From Lama glama (lineage: Eukaryota), in assembly GCA_028534125.1 (NCBI GenBank), contig CM052816.1, positions 90,894,001 through 90,958,000 on the forward strand: 64,000 nucleotides of DNA. The letters run 5' to 3'. The stretch's first letter is position 1; every line of letters begins with the position of its first letter. Made by a program: the position numbers and the translations under genes. Under the pieces are notes generated by a model. It was not told the origin of the DNA. It saw only the letters and a list, made by a program, of their open reading frames with translations, and did no database searches. Below are positions 28,306-41,171 of this stretch, one piece after another.

Positions 28306-29911
28306 GGGTGTGTGTGTGCAGCCTTTGTTTTAATGACAGAATTATCCGCACTGTGATCAAGGTAGTGGGAGGAGAGATGAAGCTGTCCCTGGCCGTAGTG
28401 ATTTCTGCTGATGGGCCCCGACGATTTCACCTCATCTGAATAAACCATCGGGAGCTGTTCCTGTTGTGGCCGTGTAGTTTTACACTTCCGTTTTAGGGAG
28501 GTCGAAAGCACCATTTGGCACGAATCCGGGCACAAGCAACAAAAAGCAAGTAAGTGACTGAAGGCACCTCCCTTCTGTCACTGTCAGGAGAGAAATGCAT
28601 TAGGATTTGGGTGTTGGTTCGCCTTTTTGGAGCCTCTCAAAGTCTCTTCTCGAGTATTCCTGTGGGTCGACCCTGTAGGTCGTGGGAGCTGTTGACGAGT
28701 TTCATGCAGGAGAGTTTTTATCTTCGAAAGTCCATTTGTCACATATGGAGCTGGGACTGAACAGGCGAGACCAAGTGGAATTAGTGAGGAGGGGGCTTCT
28801 GGGGAAATCTGAGCCAGTGAGGCCAGAGCAGCGGAGATGCAGAAGGGGGGTTGATTATAGAGTTAATTGAAAGCGAAGAACACCGGCATGGAGACGGTGG
28901 CGGTGAGGCTGGGGGGTCTGCACGGGGGTGAAGGGAAGGGGTCACCACAGACCCCAGGACCACCATCCCACCCTCTGTTAGAGGAGGCAGAGCCGTGGCC
29001 CTGGGGCTGCTCCCAGATCAAGGTCACGCAAAAAAGAAAAAGTAAGTGCTTGGTGAGCATAGGTTTAAGGAAACCCTTGAGAACAGATCCAAGGCATATA
29101 AAGGAATGTAGGTTACTCTCTGTTTGCTTAGAGTATTTAATATGGTCTCAGCTATAGAAACCCCCCCCCTTTTTTTAAGTATATGCATTTTGTATGTTGG
29201 AGAGGAAGACAACAGTGACACCTATAATCTTAGAGCCGTGTTGGAATATATACCACTGTGTGCTTGATCTTGTCAAATCTGGTGACAACTGTTTATTTAT
29301 ATTTAAGTGATCTGTCTACAGTCAGCAAGGAGAAGGGTCCTGAACAATCTTGGGACAGGGGGATTCAGCTCAAGGTCTGATTTAAAGATAGAAAAGTGTG
29401 ACTGTGAGGTGTGAGGAGTTGTCATGCAGTTAAAGAGAGCAGCTTCCAAAGTGCTCCTAACTTAATGGTGGAAGTTTTAAGCATTTGAAATGCAGATCAT
29501 TTTGAATTTTTTTTCATCTGATGCATTATATGGCATGTACAATGAAAAGTAAAAGCCTGGCTTTGGTCACTTCCAATTAGTTAACTGTTAGCAGGCCTGA
29601 CATTGTAGACCAAGAGGAGGAAGGCACAACCTCCCTGCCTGCCTCCCCTCTGCAGACGGTTGACATGAAAGAAGGCGCCAGCGTCTGTGGTCAAGGCGCT
29701 GAGGGAGGGTGTCTGGCATCCTCCAGGGAACCAGGTGGTTCTCTGTTCTCTTTGGAAGGAAGACCCTTTCCTTCCCCAGAGGAAAATGCAGCTTCCATCT
29801 TTCTTTCTGGCCACATCCTCCCTGCGGTCCTCTGATGGAGAAAAGTGGGCTTTCTAGAGAGTGGAGTTCTCCAGAAATCTGAATGTTTATTCATGAAAGT
29901 GCCACATCGTT

Positions 29912-30450
29912 TAATTTTTTAAAATTGAAGTGAAATTTATGTAACAGAGAATTAACCACTTTAAAGTACATTCAGTGACATTTAATACATTCACAGTGAT
30001 GTACAGGCAGCCCCTCTGTCTCGTTCCAAAATGTTTTGATCACCCAGGGGGAAACTCTGCCCCTGCAAAGCCATCACCCCCCATTCCTGCCTCCTCCCAC
30101 CCTCCCTTCTGCTGGTGGCAACTGCCACCAGTCTTGGTCTCTGTGGACTTACCTGCTCTGAATAAGTGAACTTGTACATCTGGTTTCTTTCAATGAGTGT
30201 CATGTTGCAGGAGTCATCTATGTCGGATCCTGTGTTAGTACTTTGTTCCTTTACACGGCTGCATCATATTCCATTGTGTGACTCTACCACATCTTGTTTA
30301 CCCATCTGTCTGATGATTGACATTTGGGTTGTTTCCACCTTTGATGCTGCTGTGTATTTGTGGGAGTACCTATTTTTAATTATTTGGGGGTATATACCTA
30401 GGTGTAGAATTGTTGTATAAAATAACTCTTTTATAATTTTAACCTTTTTT
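29912..30450 (-). mobile_element. L1MB-like 3' fragment
   Basis: aaattgaagtgaaatt...tacattcagtgacatttaatacattcacagtgatgtac...gacatttgggttgtttccacctt...ggggtatatacctagg. Confidence 0.8.
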
Positions 30451-30699
30451 TTGGTTCAAAATGTTTGCAAAATATATTATAGACCTCCTTACACTGGCAG
30501 ACATTTACAAAGGACATGATACTTTGCAATACTTTGCTTGATGTTCCTGGTGGTCGCTGTGAATGTAAATGATTACAAATTGCTATAATATGATACAGAT
30601 TGCTATAAGATGATTCAGATACTGAACTTCCTGTCCAGTGTTTGTCGCTTTCCTTGTTCTCTGCTGCGTTGCAGTCCCTTGGCAATGAGTGTGAAGAGG

Positions 30700-30860
30700 A
30701 GGCTCTGTAATTAAGTTGCCTGGGTTCAAATCTCACCTCTTCCACTTACTGGTTGTGTGACTGAATGCAAGATTTTATCTCTGTGCCTCAATTTCCTCAT
30801 CTGAGAAGTAGGTGTAATAATACTGTGAATCTCCCAGAGTTATTGTCAGCATTGAAAGGG
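30700..30860 (+). mobile_element. MIR SINE
   Basis: tgcctgggttcaaatctcacctcttccacttact...ctctgtgcctcaatttcctcatctg. Confidence 0.8.
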
Positions 30861-30869
30861 TCAAGCCCT

Positions 30870-31268
30870 GAGTATTAGTCTGCTCGGCCACTGTGACAAA
30901 AGACCACTGGCTGGCTGAAACAACGGATGTTTGTTTTCTCAGAGTTCTGGGGGCTTGAAGTCTGAGATCAAAGTGTCAGCAGGGTTGGTTTCTCTCAAGG
31001 GCTCTCTCCTTGGCTTGCAGACAGCCACCTTTTTGCAGTGTCCTCATGTGGTGTTTCTGTGCACACATGTTCCCGGTGTTTCTTTGTGTAGCCAAATTCT
31101 CTCTTCTTACAAGGACACGAGTCAGACAGGATGAGGGCCCACCCTAATGGCCTCTTTTTAATTTAATCATCTCTTTAAAGGCCCTGTCTACAAATAGAGT
31201 AGCGTTCAGAGGTACTGGGGGTTAGGGCTTCAGAGTGTGAGTTGGGGGAGGGGACACAATCAGCCCAG
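30870..31268. mobile_element. MaLR solo LTR (MLT1A/B-like)
   Basis: gtattagtctgctc...gaagtctgagatcaaagtgtcagcagggttggtttct...gggcccaccctaatggcctc...gggggttagggcttca...ggggacacaatcagccca. Confidence 0.85.
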
Positions 31269-31654
31269 GGCTCCCTGAAGCCGGCGGCCCAGGGCACACG
31301 GCATGGAGGCTCGCGGGTGGGTGGTGGTGCCTGCAGGACCCTCCTGCTCCCCTTCTCATCGGCTGCTGCACTTGTGTCTGGGCCTGGAAACCAACCTGTT
31401 AGCCTTTCTTGCAGAGGGGCCAGGGAATAGTTTCTGTCCATACAGAGGAGGCACGAGGCAGGACTCTTGGTTTTAATAACTCAATAGCCTCTTTTTTGCT
31501 GCTCTGAAGATTGTGTTTAATTTCTGGCCTGGATTTGGTTCCAGAAAAGGTAAGATCGCCCATCAGCTGTTTTCCAGGTAAACTACATGATGCTTGATGA
31601 AGTATTTGAGACACTGGAAGAGCACTTAATGTTTTCAAAATGGTCTTGTTCCTT

Positions 31655-31880
31655 TTCAAAAATTGTGGTTAAAGAGACATGACATAGAATTTACCATTTT
31701 GACTCTTTTTAATAAGCGTACAGTTCTGGTGCACTAAATATGTTTGCAGAGTCGTGCAACCATTTCCACCACCTACGTGTGGAACTTTCTCACCATCCCA
31801 AACAGAAACGCTGTACCCATGAAGCAGTAGCTCCCCCTCCCAACCCCGGCCCCCACCTCATTTCTCTTACTTCTGTAATC
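31655..31880 (-). mobile_element. L1MB-like 3' fragment
   Basis: aattgtggttaaagagacatgacatagaatttaccatttt...gtgcaaccatttccacc...gaactttctcaccatcccaaacagaaac. Confidence 0.7.
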
Positions 31881-32194
31881 CTGCCGCCTCCTGGTAGCCG
31901 CCTGATGGAGGGGGGTCAGGATGTCACCAGGGAGCAGGGATGCGGGCCTGAGCTGCTTCACCGTCTTCTTGTCTTGTTTACCCTTCCCTGCAGCCCTCTT
32001 TGAAATGGCCTAGTTCCTTGGCACACGATTTCTACCAAAAGGTGAAGGAAAAATGTGAGTCGGGGGTGGAGTCTCCTGCCCCCTCACTGCACATTCAGGG
32101 GGTTCTGCTCGAGCTTAGACAGTGGCTCCTGGGGATGTGGCAGCGCCTTCCCTCCCGATGTGGAGCCACACTGAGCTGCTTCCAGACCCTTCTG

Positions 32195-32610
32195 TCTCCG
32201 CCCGCGCGTGGGTGGGGGTGAGCACCGGTGCGCAGGGCCCCGCCCCAGGACCACGTGTAACGCGGCCCCGTGTGCTTGCAGACCTACATTGGCTCCATCA
32301 TCGCCGCCGTGAACCCCTACAGGACCATCCCTGGCCTGTACGGGCGGGACGCCATGGAGCGCTACAGCAGGTGCCACCTGGGGGAGCTGCCCCCCCACGT
32401 CTTCGCCATCGCCAACGAGTGCTACCGCTGCCTGTGGCGGCGCCACGACAACCAATGCGTCCTCATCAGGTAACCGCCCGGTGGGGCGGGGCGCGGGGCG
32501 GGGAAGGGGCGGGGCAGGGGGTGGGGCGGGCGGCAGGCGGGCCCTTCGGTTCAGAACCACACCTGCTGGCATCTCTGCCACCAGCTTCCTCGGCCGGCCC
32601 GGCCCCCCAG
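32195..32610. promoter_or_regulatory. Intragenic CpG island spanning exon 4, with a G-run / GC-box cluster downstream
   Basis: Dense CpGs on both sides of exon 4 and repeated GGGGCGGGG at 32483-32530, in otherwise CpG-poor intron. Confidence 0.7.
32282..32469 (+). CDS. MYO10: MYO10 coding exon 4 (188 nt): TYIGSIIAAVNPYRTIPGLYGRDAMERYSRCHLGELPPHVFAIANECYRCLWRRHDNQCVLI(S)
   Basis: cttgcag|ACC acceptor and AG|gtaacc donor; purine-binding VNPY and PPHVFAIA motifs; phase 0/2. Confidence 0.96.
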
Positions 32611-35152
32611 ACACAGAGCCTGCTCATTATTAGTGCATGAACCAAAATTCCTCCACGGGCGGTTTCTGTCCTGAACAGCCTGATAACTGCAGCTTCCGAA
32701 AGACGCGAGGAACACAGTAGGAAGCAAGATGTGCCACGTTTGTTGGCTCTTGTCCTCGGAATAATTACTCCAGTTTGTTTATTTTCTCTACCTTAGTGGT
32801 TCTTTGGTTTAATTCCAATTGTGAGGCGTGGTCCTTCTCTTGATTTTCAGAAATACTGTGTAGTTCTTTCAAATTTAAAATGTTTTCTGTAATCCGAACT
32901 GCTGGTCAGAATGCTTGTGTATTTGAGCACGATTTTGGTTTTTGGTAGTATAAGAGTACCCTAGAATCTCCCAAATTTAAGGATTTTTTAATGATTTTAA
33001 TTGGATGTTCCTAAAGTTTACCTCTGAATTAGCCCCAGAAGAGGGGCTTACTCTGCATATGCTGAGGGAATGATAGGAAGGCATGCTTATTTCAATTACT
33101 TTTGGCGGTAGGGGTGGGGAACGGGGATCTTGACACCTATTTAAGCCAAATTTTAACTTACTTATTAAAATACACTACCAGACAATACCTCAATGAAAAA
33201 AATACACTACCAGAAACCTCACTATCTAAATATTTATTCCTAAGTGCTACCTAAAAAACCCAGTGCTGTACTTTAAAAATATTTTTATTGAGCAATTCAA
33301 ATTGGTCTTATCTCCTGCATTCTAGTGATAGTCCTATTGGATCTTATTGTTTAAATTAGAATCATGTTCTAGCGATGATCAGAACACCCCCGGATGAGAC
33401 CCAAAGCAGATGTGCTGAGTGTCACTTTCAGCGAGGTTTCCATGGAGCATCCAAGCCCTTCATTCATTTGTCCTCCCAGGTAGTCACGCCCAGAGTATGG
33501 CTGTTCCTGAGACCCCACAGTGTTACTAAACTGCTTGTGGGAAAGAAGATTTTGACATCTGCTTTAGATGGCTTTCTCGTCCCAACTTGTGGCAAGATAA
33601 TTATTATCTCAAAAAGAAAGCGAAGGGGTGTTTGGATTTGTGGAGGATGACAAATAAGACCCCACCCCACCCCTTGGTTGGACACAAGACTTCTAGCCAA
33701 TCAGTCTTGCTAACTTTGCACCCCAAGTTACAGACAGACTGACCCACCTGGCTGGGGGGACAGGCAGGTACCTGGTGGCCGCAATCACTGTCCAAGCCAA
33801 TTCCCAGTTGGTGAGGAGCTGACCAGCCCTTGCCTGGAGTTCACCTGCCAGAGAAACCACTCCACTCCTTGGAGGAGGGAGAGGTTGGGTAGGGGGCAGA
33901 CATGCCAGAGGAGGCCCCTCCTGAAACTCCAGGGAAGGGAAAGGGGAACATTTGGGAGGTGCTCATACTGTCCCACGTGGAGTCTGATTGAAGATAGGAA
34001 AGAAATAATGGCTAACATTCTTGGAAGGTATAGGACTCCGTGCCAAGAACTTTTCAGGCATCAGTGAACCCTTCCAGCAGCCCTTCGGTGTGAGTGCCCT
34101 GGAATGACACCTCCCGGTGCTGCGCACAGAGAACTACTTTCAGGGACTGTGTTCTTCTTGGTGGTAGTTTTTACCCATGGCTTTGGTTCATGGGTCCTTC
34201 GTTTGTAATAAATCAGAATTACCTGAATGTGGAGGACAGACCTGTATGTTTCTCCTTCAGTTGTATTTTCTCTCCTGCCCCCACCTGCCACTTTCTTTAA
34301 GGGAAGGGAAGCACCTGGGCAGATACAGTCCCTCCTCGTCTTTACCTCGACACTAATGCACCAGGCTGTGGAAACAGCTTGGGTAGAGGGGCTGTCAGTT
34401 CATCCATTTAAATGAATATGAATCATTATAACTTGCAGTTAATCAAAATGAAACTATTGCTTAGTATGAAAACAGAGCTTTTAAGAGTCCCACTCCAATA
34501 ACCTGCCTGATGACTGGAGGCACTATTTGTGGGCTTTTTTTGATGACTTCACCAAAGTTCATGAGCTAGAACTTAAGATCCCTCTTTCAGCCTGCAGAAT
34601 ATAATTTAATAGGATTAACAGAAAGAACAAGAACTTAATCTGTCTAGTTTAAGAAGATCAAATTCGTTTCCACCCTTAGGTACCTAGACGTTTGCTGTCG
34701 ATAATTGCTTGTGTTTATTACTTTCAGTGGAAAAAATGAGAGCCTGGCTCATATATCACCTGCTAGACAGCAGTTTAGGAAGAAAGTAAAAAATCAAATG
34801 AGATCATTGTACATGTATACGTGTGTGTAATAAAATGGAAAGGGTTTGGCATTTTCCTGCCGAAGACTGGTATTTAAAAATAAGGTGGGGGAAGTTGGAG
34901 AGGGAGAGGAGAGGGAGGGGCCCCTAGACAGAAAGCTCTCATTGTCTAATGCTGATGTGAAAAGAGTAACTGTATTTATCTAAATTAACTCAGGAAACGG
35001 TGTCTTTAAGAAATAGGTTTCCTCATTAGAATGTGTTTTGGTTTTTTTTTTTTTAAGTGGGGCTTGGGACTGTAGGAATTAAAGAGAAAGTTGAGTATAA
35101 AAATAAAAATTGTAGGATACAGTGGCCCTAGTTAGGTTTCCTCAGGCATGAT

Positions 35153-35167
35153 CCGCCCCCTAGTGGC
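35153..35167 (-). promoter_or_regulatory. Candidate CTCF binding site
   Basis: Minus strand GCCACTAGGGGGCGG matches the CTCF core CCASYAGRKGGCRS. Confidence 0.6.
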
Positions 35168-36649
35168 TACAACGTGTTACTACTTATAAAACTTCTGTGC
35201 TAATTTCAGACACTAAGCCTATTTAGAAGGCAGGGACCTCATAGATCAACTTTTCTTTCACTATGACACTGCTAGTCCCTAGGATTCCAATCTAAGCCTT
35301 TTCTATTGGTCTTGCTTTCAAGAGTTTATCTCTCTTAAGGTCTAGTTTTATTTTACCCTCTTGTGCACATTTAAATGAATGCTTATGTTTTTATAATTTA
35401 TAAAATATAAATGTATGTTTAAAGCTTACTTGGAATTTTCTTTCATCTAAATGACAAGGTCAGCATTTGATCTTGGTGGATCCAGTACATTCAAGTTAGC
35501 TTCAGTTTGGGGCAGGCAGTTTAGTCTATTATGTTTAGTCTGTTATGGTCTTTTCAGTATATTGTGATCTTTTAAGATGTATAGTGAAGGCAAGGCTTGT
35601 GGCTAATTCATCTATGCAGCTCTTTGCCCAGGACAGTGTCTCATAGAGGGGACAGCATCCAACAGCTGTCAATCAAAGGATGGATGGATGGAGGAGCTGT
35701 TGAATTTAGGACCTTTGCTTGCTTTGCAAAAGTTTTGATTTTCTAAAGCTGGAGTGATTTCCTTTTAACTATGTCTTTTACATTCTGGAATAATTATTGG
35801 TTGTTTGATCTTTTTCTATTTCTAGTATTCTGTGATTGAATGTGACCCAAACTCACATCCTGGATTAGAAAGGCGCCAACCAGAATAAGGTGTGGGGCGT
35901 GCCTCACACTCACGTCATAGAGCAGGTTACACTGCTAGGCTTTTGGGATTTTTTTTTTTTTTAAATGACTCAGTCATTGCCTTTCAGGAGCTTCTACTAT
36001 GATGGGAAGAAACTGATATAAATAAGTAAATTCAGTACAGTTTGCCTAATGCTATAAAAGAAAGGTGTTGCTCAGAGAAGGTGGTGGTAGATACCCAAGA
36101 AGGAATCCAGAGAATACATCACAGATCAGGTGACATGTGACCGTGAATCCAAGGAAACATGGGGATGTGGGCGGCATGGAGAGGAGGGGGGCACAGAAGC
36201 ATTTGCAAAAACTGACGTGTGGGAAGACGAGGACCCTTAGGAAAGGGAAGGTACGCCTGTGAGGTGTGGCATGTGCTGAGGGCCTGGAGGAACTGGGCTT
36301 GGAAAGGCAAAGGAAGGAACCGCCGCCCGCTGAGAAAGACCAGAAGCGCTTCCGGTGGGGAAGCTGAGGCTCGGTGCAGTTAAGTGACTTGCCAAGGAGC
36401 TGTGAGCTGTGGGTCACAGACACAGGACTTGAACTTCTGTCTCCCCATGTTAGTTTCAGAGCAGAATCCTACTTCCTGGGGCAGGGTTGCACCTCAAGGG
36501 CTTTGTCCTGCTTGCTGTGACCTTCGGACTGAATCCTCTAGGTGGTGAGGATGTTTCTTAAGTCTTCCAGCAAGTGATGGAGTGATCAGGGTCTGTTTTG
36601 AGAAAATAATGTGAATCAGGGGGATTTGACTCACAGGGTGGAGAATGTT

Positions 36650-36880
36650 CCGCAGATGTTAGCAAAGGTATCTGTAAGGGGCCAGGGAGGGATCCTGACA
36701 TTGCCACGGGCTATTTTAGGCTCCCTGCTCGAGATCATCTGTTACAACTACTCAAATCTGCCCTTGGAATGCGGATGCACCATAGACAGAATGCAAATGA
36801 ACGGCCAGGCTGTGCTCCAGTAAAACTTTCACAGAAACAGGCAGGAGGGCAGATTCCCACTGGAGGGGAGACTAGCTCGT
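36650..36880. mobile_element. MER58-like hAT-Charlie element
   Basis: ctgtaaggggccag...tctgttacaactactcaaatctgccc...ccatagacagaatgcaaatgaa...ggctgtgctccagtaaaacttt...aaacaggcagg. Confidence 0.7.
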
Positions 36881-38514
36881 GGGTGGATAAGGGGCCCTGT
36901 CCCCATTAGAGGCCTTTTCCTTCCGGTGGGTTTAGATCCCCACCCTGCTTTCTTGGGACTTTGCTCCGTCTTGGAGCCACCCTCCAATCCCTGCCCCTGA
37001 TTCTTTGACCTCTTCTTTTCTTTTGGCCCATTGGCATTATCATTCAAAAGTTTCTAGTGTGTTCCAGCTTTGAAAAAAAGAAAAAAACAGATGTCTCTTT
37101 AGCTGCACACACACCCCCTTCCCCATGCACTGCCCCGTGCTCCTCCAAGCTGCTCCGTCATTCTGGTTTCCTCCCCGTTCTCTGGGCTCCTCCATCATTG
37201 TCCACGTCCTCAGCTTCTGACCAGCCGCGTTTCCTTCTCTGCAGCTGGGTGGCTCCCCAGGCTTCAACGCCTCCCCTGCCGCTCTCTCCTCTGACTCCAG
37301 ATGTGTGTCCAGGTGCCACCCCGAGGCATCATCTCGGGCGGAGGGGGCACGTCCTCACCTCATCCTGATTTTCTCGCAGAAATGTGTTCCTCCTCTCATG
37401 CTGCTCATTCTCCACGCGTGGACCCTCCATCCTATGGGTCCCAAGCCTGAGATCAGGAAGTCATTCCTGGACCTAGAAGTCACCCGTGCCCCCATCAGTT
37501 AAGGTCAAACTGCGTGCAGTGAATGGTACCCATCTCTCGTAGACAGGTCAGTGAGCATTGCCACATGTGGACAGCTGTGTTGCCAGCACCCAGATTGTCA
37601 CACTAGCTGGCAGTCTCCCTAGGCTCGCCGGAGGTGTTCCCCTGCCCCCCTGTCACTTACCAACCACCCTGACCAGGGCCGTCAGTTACCCCTTTCTCCC
37701 CCAGCAGGCTGACTTGGGCCCGCTCCCTGCTCCCCTCTGCTGCCCCCTCTCTGCTCCCCGCCCCTCACTACCCTTCTACCCTCACTTCCCTGCTCCTTCT
37801 CTTGCCTCCCGCAATCCTTCCTCCGCACAGCATGGTTCTTTGAAACCCTGAACTTGATCATGACATTCTGCTTAAAAGCTGTCTTGTAATTTTCCCATTC
37901 TGCCTACAAAATTTCTCAAAACCTTTTAATACAACCTCCGAGGCCCCGTATCAGTGCTCTTTCCTTTTTTCATTTTTACTATTATCTCTATAAAGTTTTT
38001 TTTTTTTAAACAGTTCTTCTTGGTGAACATGTTTTCTCTGAAGCCCATGTTTGTGGTCGCACGTTGGCGCCAAGGGTTAGGACTGTAATTGCCAAGGGCT
38101 AATGAGAAAAACGCAGGACTGAGTATGTAAGTGATGTGTTCACTGTAAGTGAAGGTGAAATAGCGTCGTAATTGCAGTACGAGTTACTGTTCTATCGTGG
38201 CTGGAATAAAGGAATGAGGTGGAGTAAATGAGTCATCACACGGCCCATGGAAGGAAAGGAGGCCACCAGGCTCAAAAGAGAAGCAACAGGCATGTGCAGT
38301 GCAGAGGACGCCTCAAACAGCATTGCCAGGGGGGTTCAGTTAGGCTTGTTAATTTGGACTTCACTGGTGGTGTATTTTGTTTGTATTTAATTCTGAAATT
38401 CATTTTGGCTTCACAGATCGGTGCAGGATAAGCAAAGAAGTATATACCTAGTTATTGTATCACTGTAACGCTATAACATATACGCTGTGTGTTACGTAGC
38501 ACGCATTGTCAAGT

Positions 38515-39005
38515 TCACCAGGCAGTTAATTCTGTCACTCTCTACCTGCGTAGCGTCCGGCCCCCAGGTTGAGGGCTCAGTCCTGCCTGTAGGACTGCCA
38601 CCCCCTCCACTTCAGATGTTGTCACCTGTGCGTCTGACCAACCAGCTCTAGTTGGAGGTTGCAACAGCCCTGTCCTTGGGTTTGATTAGTTTGCTATATT
38701 AGTTTGCAGCTCACAGAACTCGAAATACATTACTTACTGGATCACTGGTCTATTAGAAAAAGATGTAACTCAGAAACAGCCAGATGGAAGAGCTGCGCAG
38801 GCCAGGGTGTGGGGAAGGGTCCAGAAGCTTCCATGCCCCTCCCAGGGGCTGTACTCCAGCACCTCCACGTGTTCACCACCCTGGAAGCTCTCTGAACCCC
38901 ATCCTTTTAGGGTTTTGTGGAGGCTTCATTACATGGTCACTTTGCGGTTGATGAAATCATTGGCCATTGGTGAGTAAACTCAGCCCAGCTCCTCTCCCAT
39001 CCCCT
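38515..39005. mobile_element. MER21-like ERV LTR
   Basis: aattctgtcactctctacctg...ggttgagggctcagtcc...ctcacagaactc...cagccagatggaagag...ggaagctctctgaacccc...ggaggcttcattacat...tcattggccattggtga. Confidence 0.8.
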
Positions 39006-41036
39006 CTTGAAAAGAACCAGTTCCATAGTGGGACCCCTCAGTGGGACCCCAGCCCCTTCCCTTCCCTACTCGCTGTGCAGGCCACACTCTTCCTTCCTCC
39101 AAGGCCCCAGGCAGGTTCCTCTTGTGGGATCTGCTCCCTTCCCCCACCTCCACCCCTCCCACCCTCCCACCCTCCCCACCGTCCCCACCCTTCAGTTTTT
39201 ACCCCATGAACTCCTGCACATGTCTTTCCATTTCAGTCTCAATGTCACATCCCCAGAAAGGTTTACTGAACCTTGGCCTCTGTCTAAATTGTGAATCCTC
39301 CCATCTCCTGAGGTTTATGCTTGGCACCATTACCCATAGTCTGGGACTCTGGTGTCTCCTGCTGCTGCTGGGTCGTGGGCAGATTCTGTCCGTGGCTGTT
39401 TTCTCAGCTCTTAGGGCAGCCTGACGCACAGTAGGCACTTGAATACTTGAGGGGGAAGGGACGCCTGCAGGTGTGCCATCCCGGGACACCCACATGGCAA
39501 TCCTGGAAGGTAGGGAGCCCAGAGGACCTGAGGGGGTTTCAGCCTCCGAACATGGACAGCTCACTCTTTTGCTCAGTTGCTCTTGTTCAACTGGCCACAT
39601 TCGCTCCCTGTCGCTGATTGCCGTCCTGACTTCAGGGGAGGTCGCAACGCCTCCATCAGTGGAGAGTCCCCTGGACCTCGGGGCACCAGTGCTGTCATTT
39701 CTGAGTCATTTCCTCTCCTTTATTACACGGGCTTAATCATTCACTGTGTTCTCTGCAAAACTCCCTTTTCACAGCCTCCCAGATCCTGGTGCTCAGTGGG
39801 GACTGCGTCTTTAGCACCTGTGGGAACCACATCTGTTTCTTCCCCACCTTGAGCGATGAGGGACCTGCTGCCCTCCGGTTGGCTGTGCTGCTCCTTACGC
39901 TGTTGGTCGCCGTTCTCCTAAGTCCTCTGCCTCCTTACTACTTCTTTTCACCCGGTGGTGCTGAACAGGGTGCCTTACCCAAAACTGACTGGGTTTCTCC
40001 TTCCGAATCTGTCATCTCCAAACCTCCCCTTCCATCCCCAGCAGGACTGTGCTTGTGCAGGACCAGACTGCCACTCGCCTAGATTACAGCAGCAGCTGGT
40101 CTCCCTGAGGGACCCCCCCCACCCCAGTCCTTTGGGAGCGTGACCTCAGAGCTGGGTCCCTCACAGGTGACCTGGATGGGCTCGGTCTTCACCTTCTGTC
40201 TCCCATGGTTGCCTCGGAACCATCAGACTCAGTCCTTTTTCCCTTTTTCCGCTGCCTCTGATCTCAGTCTAGCTGACCTCACCAGAATCCCAGCCCGTGG
40301 AGACCTTCCCGAGATCACTGGCCTCTGTGCCTTCGTTCACGTGGTCATCTTACCCCGAATCCTTTCACTTTCCCCTTTACCTGGCTGGGTTTGCTGGTCC
40401 TTTATGACAACTCAGACCTTACTAACTTCTCTCACCACCCCACCCCACGGACCCTGCCCCCAGGTTGCTCTGCTCACTTTTCCTTAATCATCCCTGCAGC
40501 GGGGTCTTTGCAGGACCGTGGATGCAGACAGACCTGGTGTTCAGCTCTGACTCAGACACTTAGCTGCTGCCTCCCTCGTGGGATTCATACGGGAATAAAA
40601 TGCCCAAGTGTGAGTCAGGTACCAGCATATCCATTCCCTCGTCCTCTCAACATTTATGAATAGTTGCATTTTTAATACATATTTACCAGAAAGATAACTC
40701 ACTCATTTAGCAAATACTTAGTGCCTGCCGTCAGCACTGGGAAGCATTAGTGAACAAAACCAGTCCCAGCCCCTGCAGAGCTGACCTCCCACGGAGGGCA
40801 CCGTCTGTCTTATTGCCTGAGCTTAGAAAAGGTGGTGCCTCTGTTTCCCTTGGATGCTGAAAGAGGCCTACGGCCGACCAGAGGAGGCGCTCTTCCTTCC
40901 CTGTGACTCAGAGCTTTGATCTCTTTCTTGCTGTTCAAGAGTTGATCTGTGGACCAATTGTAGTGACGCTGGGCAGGCTGGCTTTTTTTCTTCTTTTTTT
41001 ACTTAGGAGCACAAACTTCTGCATTTTGTCTTTCAG

Positions 41037-41171
41037 TGGTGAAAGCGGGGCTGGGAAAACCGAAAGCACTAAATTGATCCTTAAGTTTTTATCGGCCATC
41101 AGTCAGCAGTCTCTGGACTTGTCCTCGAAGGAGAAGACGTCCTGCGTGGAACAGGCTATTCTTGAAAGCAG
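41037..41171 (+). CDS. MYO10: MYO10 coding exon 5 (135 nt), P-loop: (S)GESGAGKTESTKLILKFLSAISQQSLDLSSKEKTSCVEQAILES(S)
   Basis: tttcag|T acceptor and AG|gtattt donor; GESGAGKT Walker A motif; phase 2/2. Confidence 0.97.

Noticed and set aside
32084..32640. 176-aa antisense and 172-aa alternative-frame ORFs over exon 4
   Set aside because: Stop-codon depletion from very high GC content; they are shadows of MYO10 exon 4.
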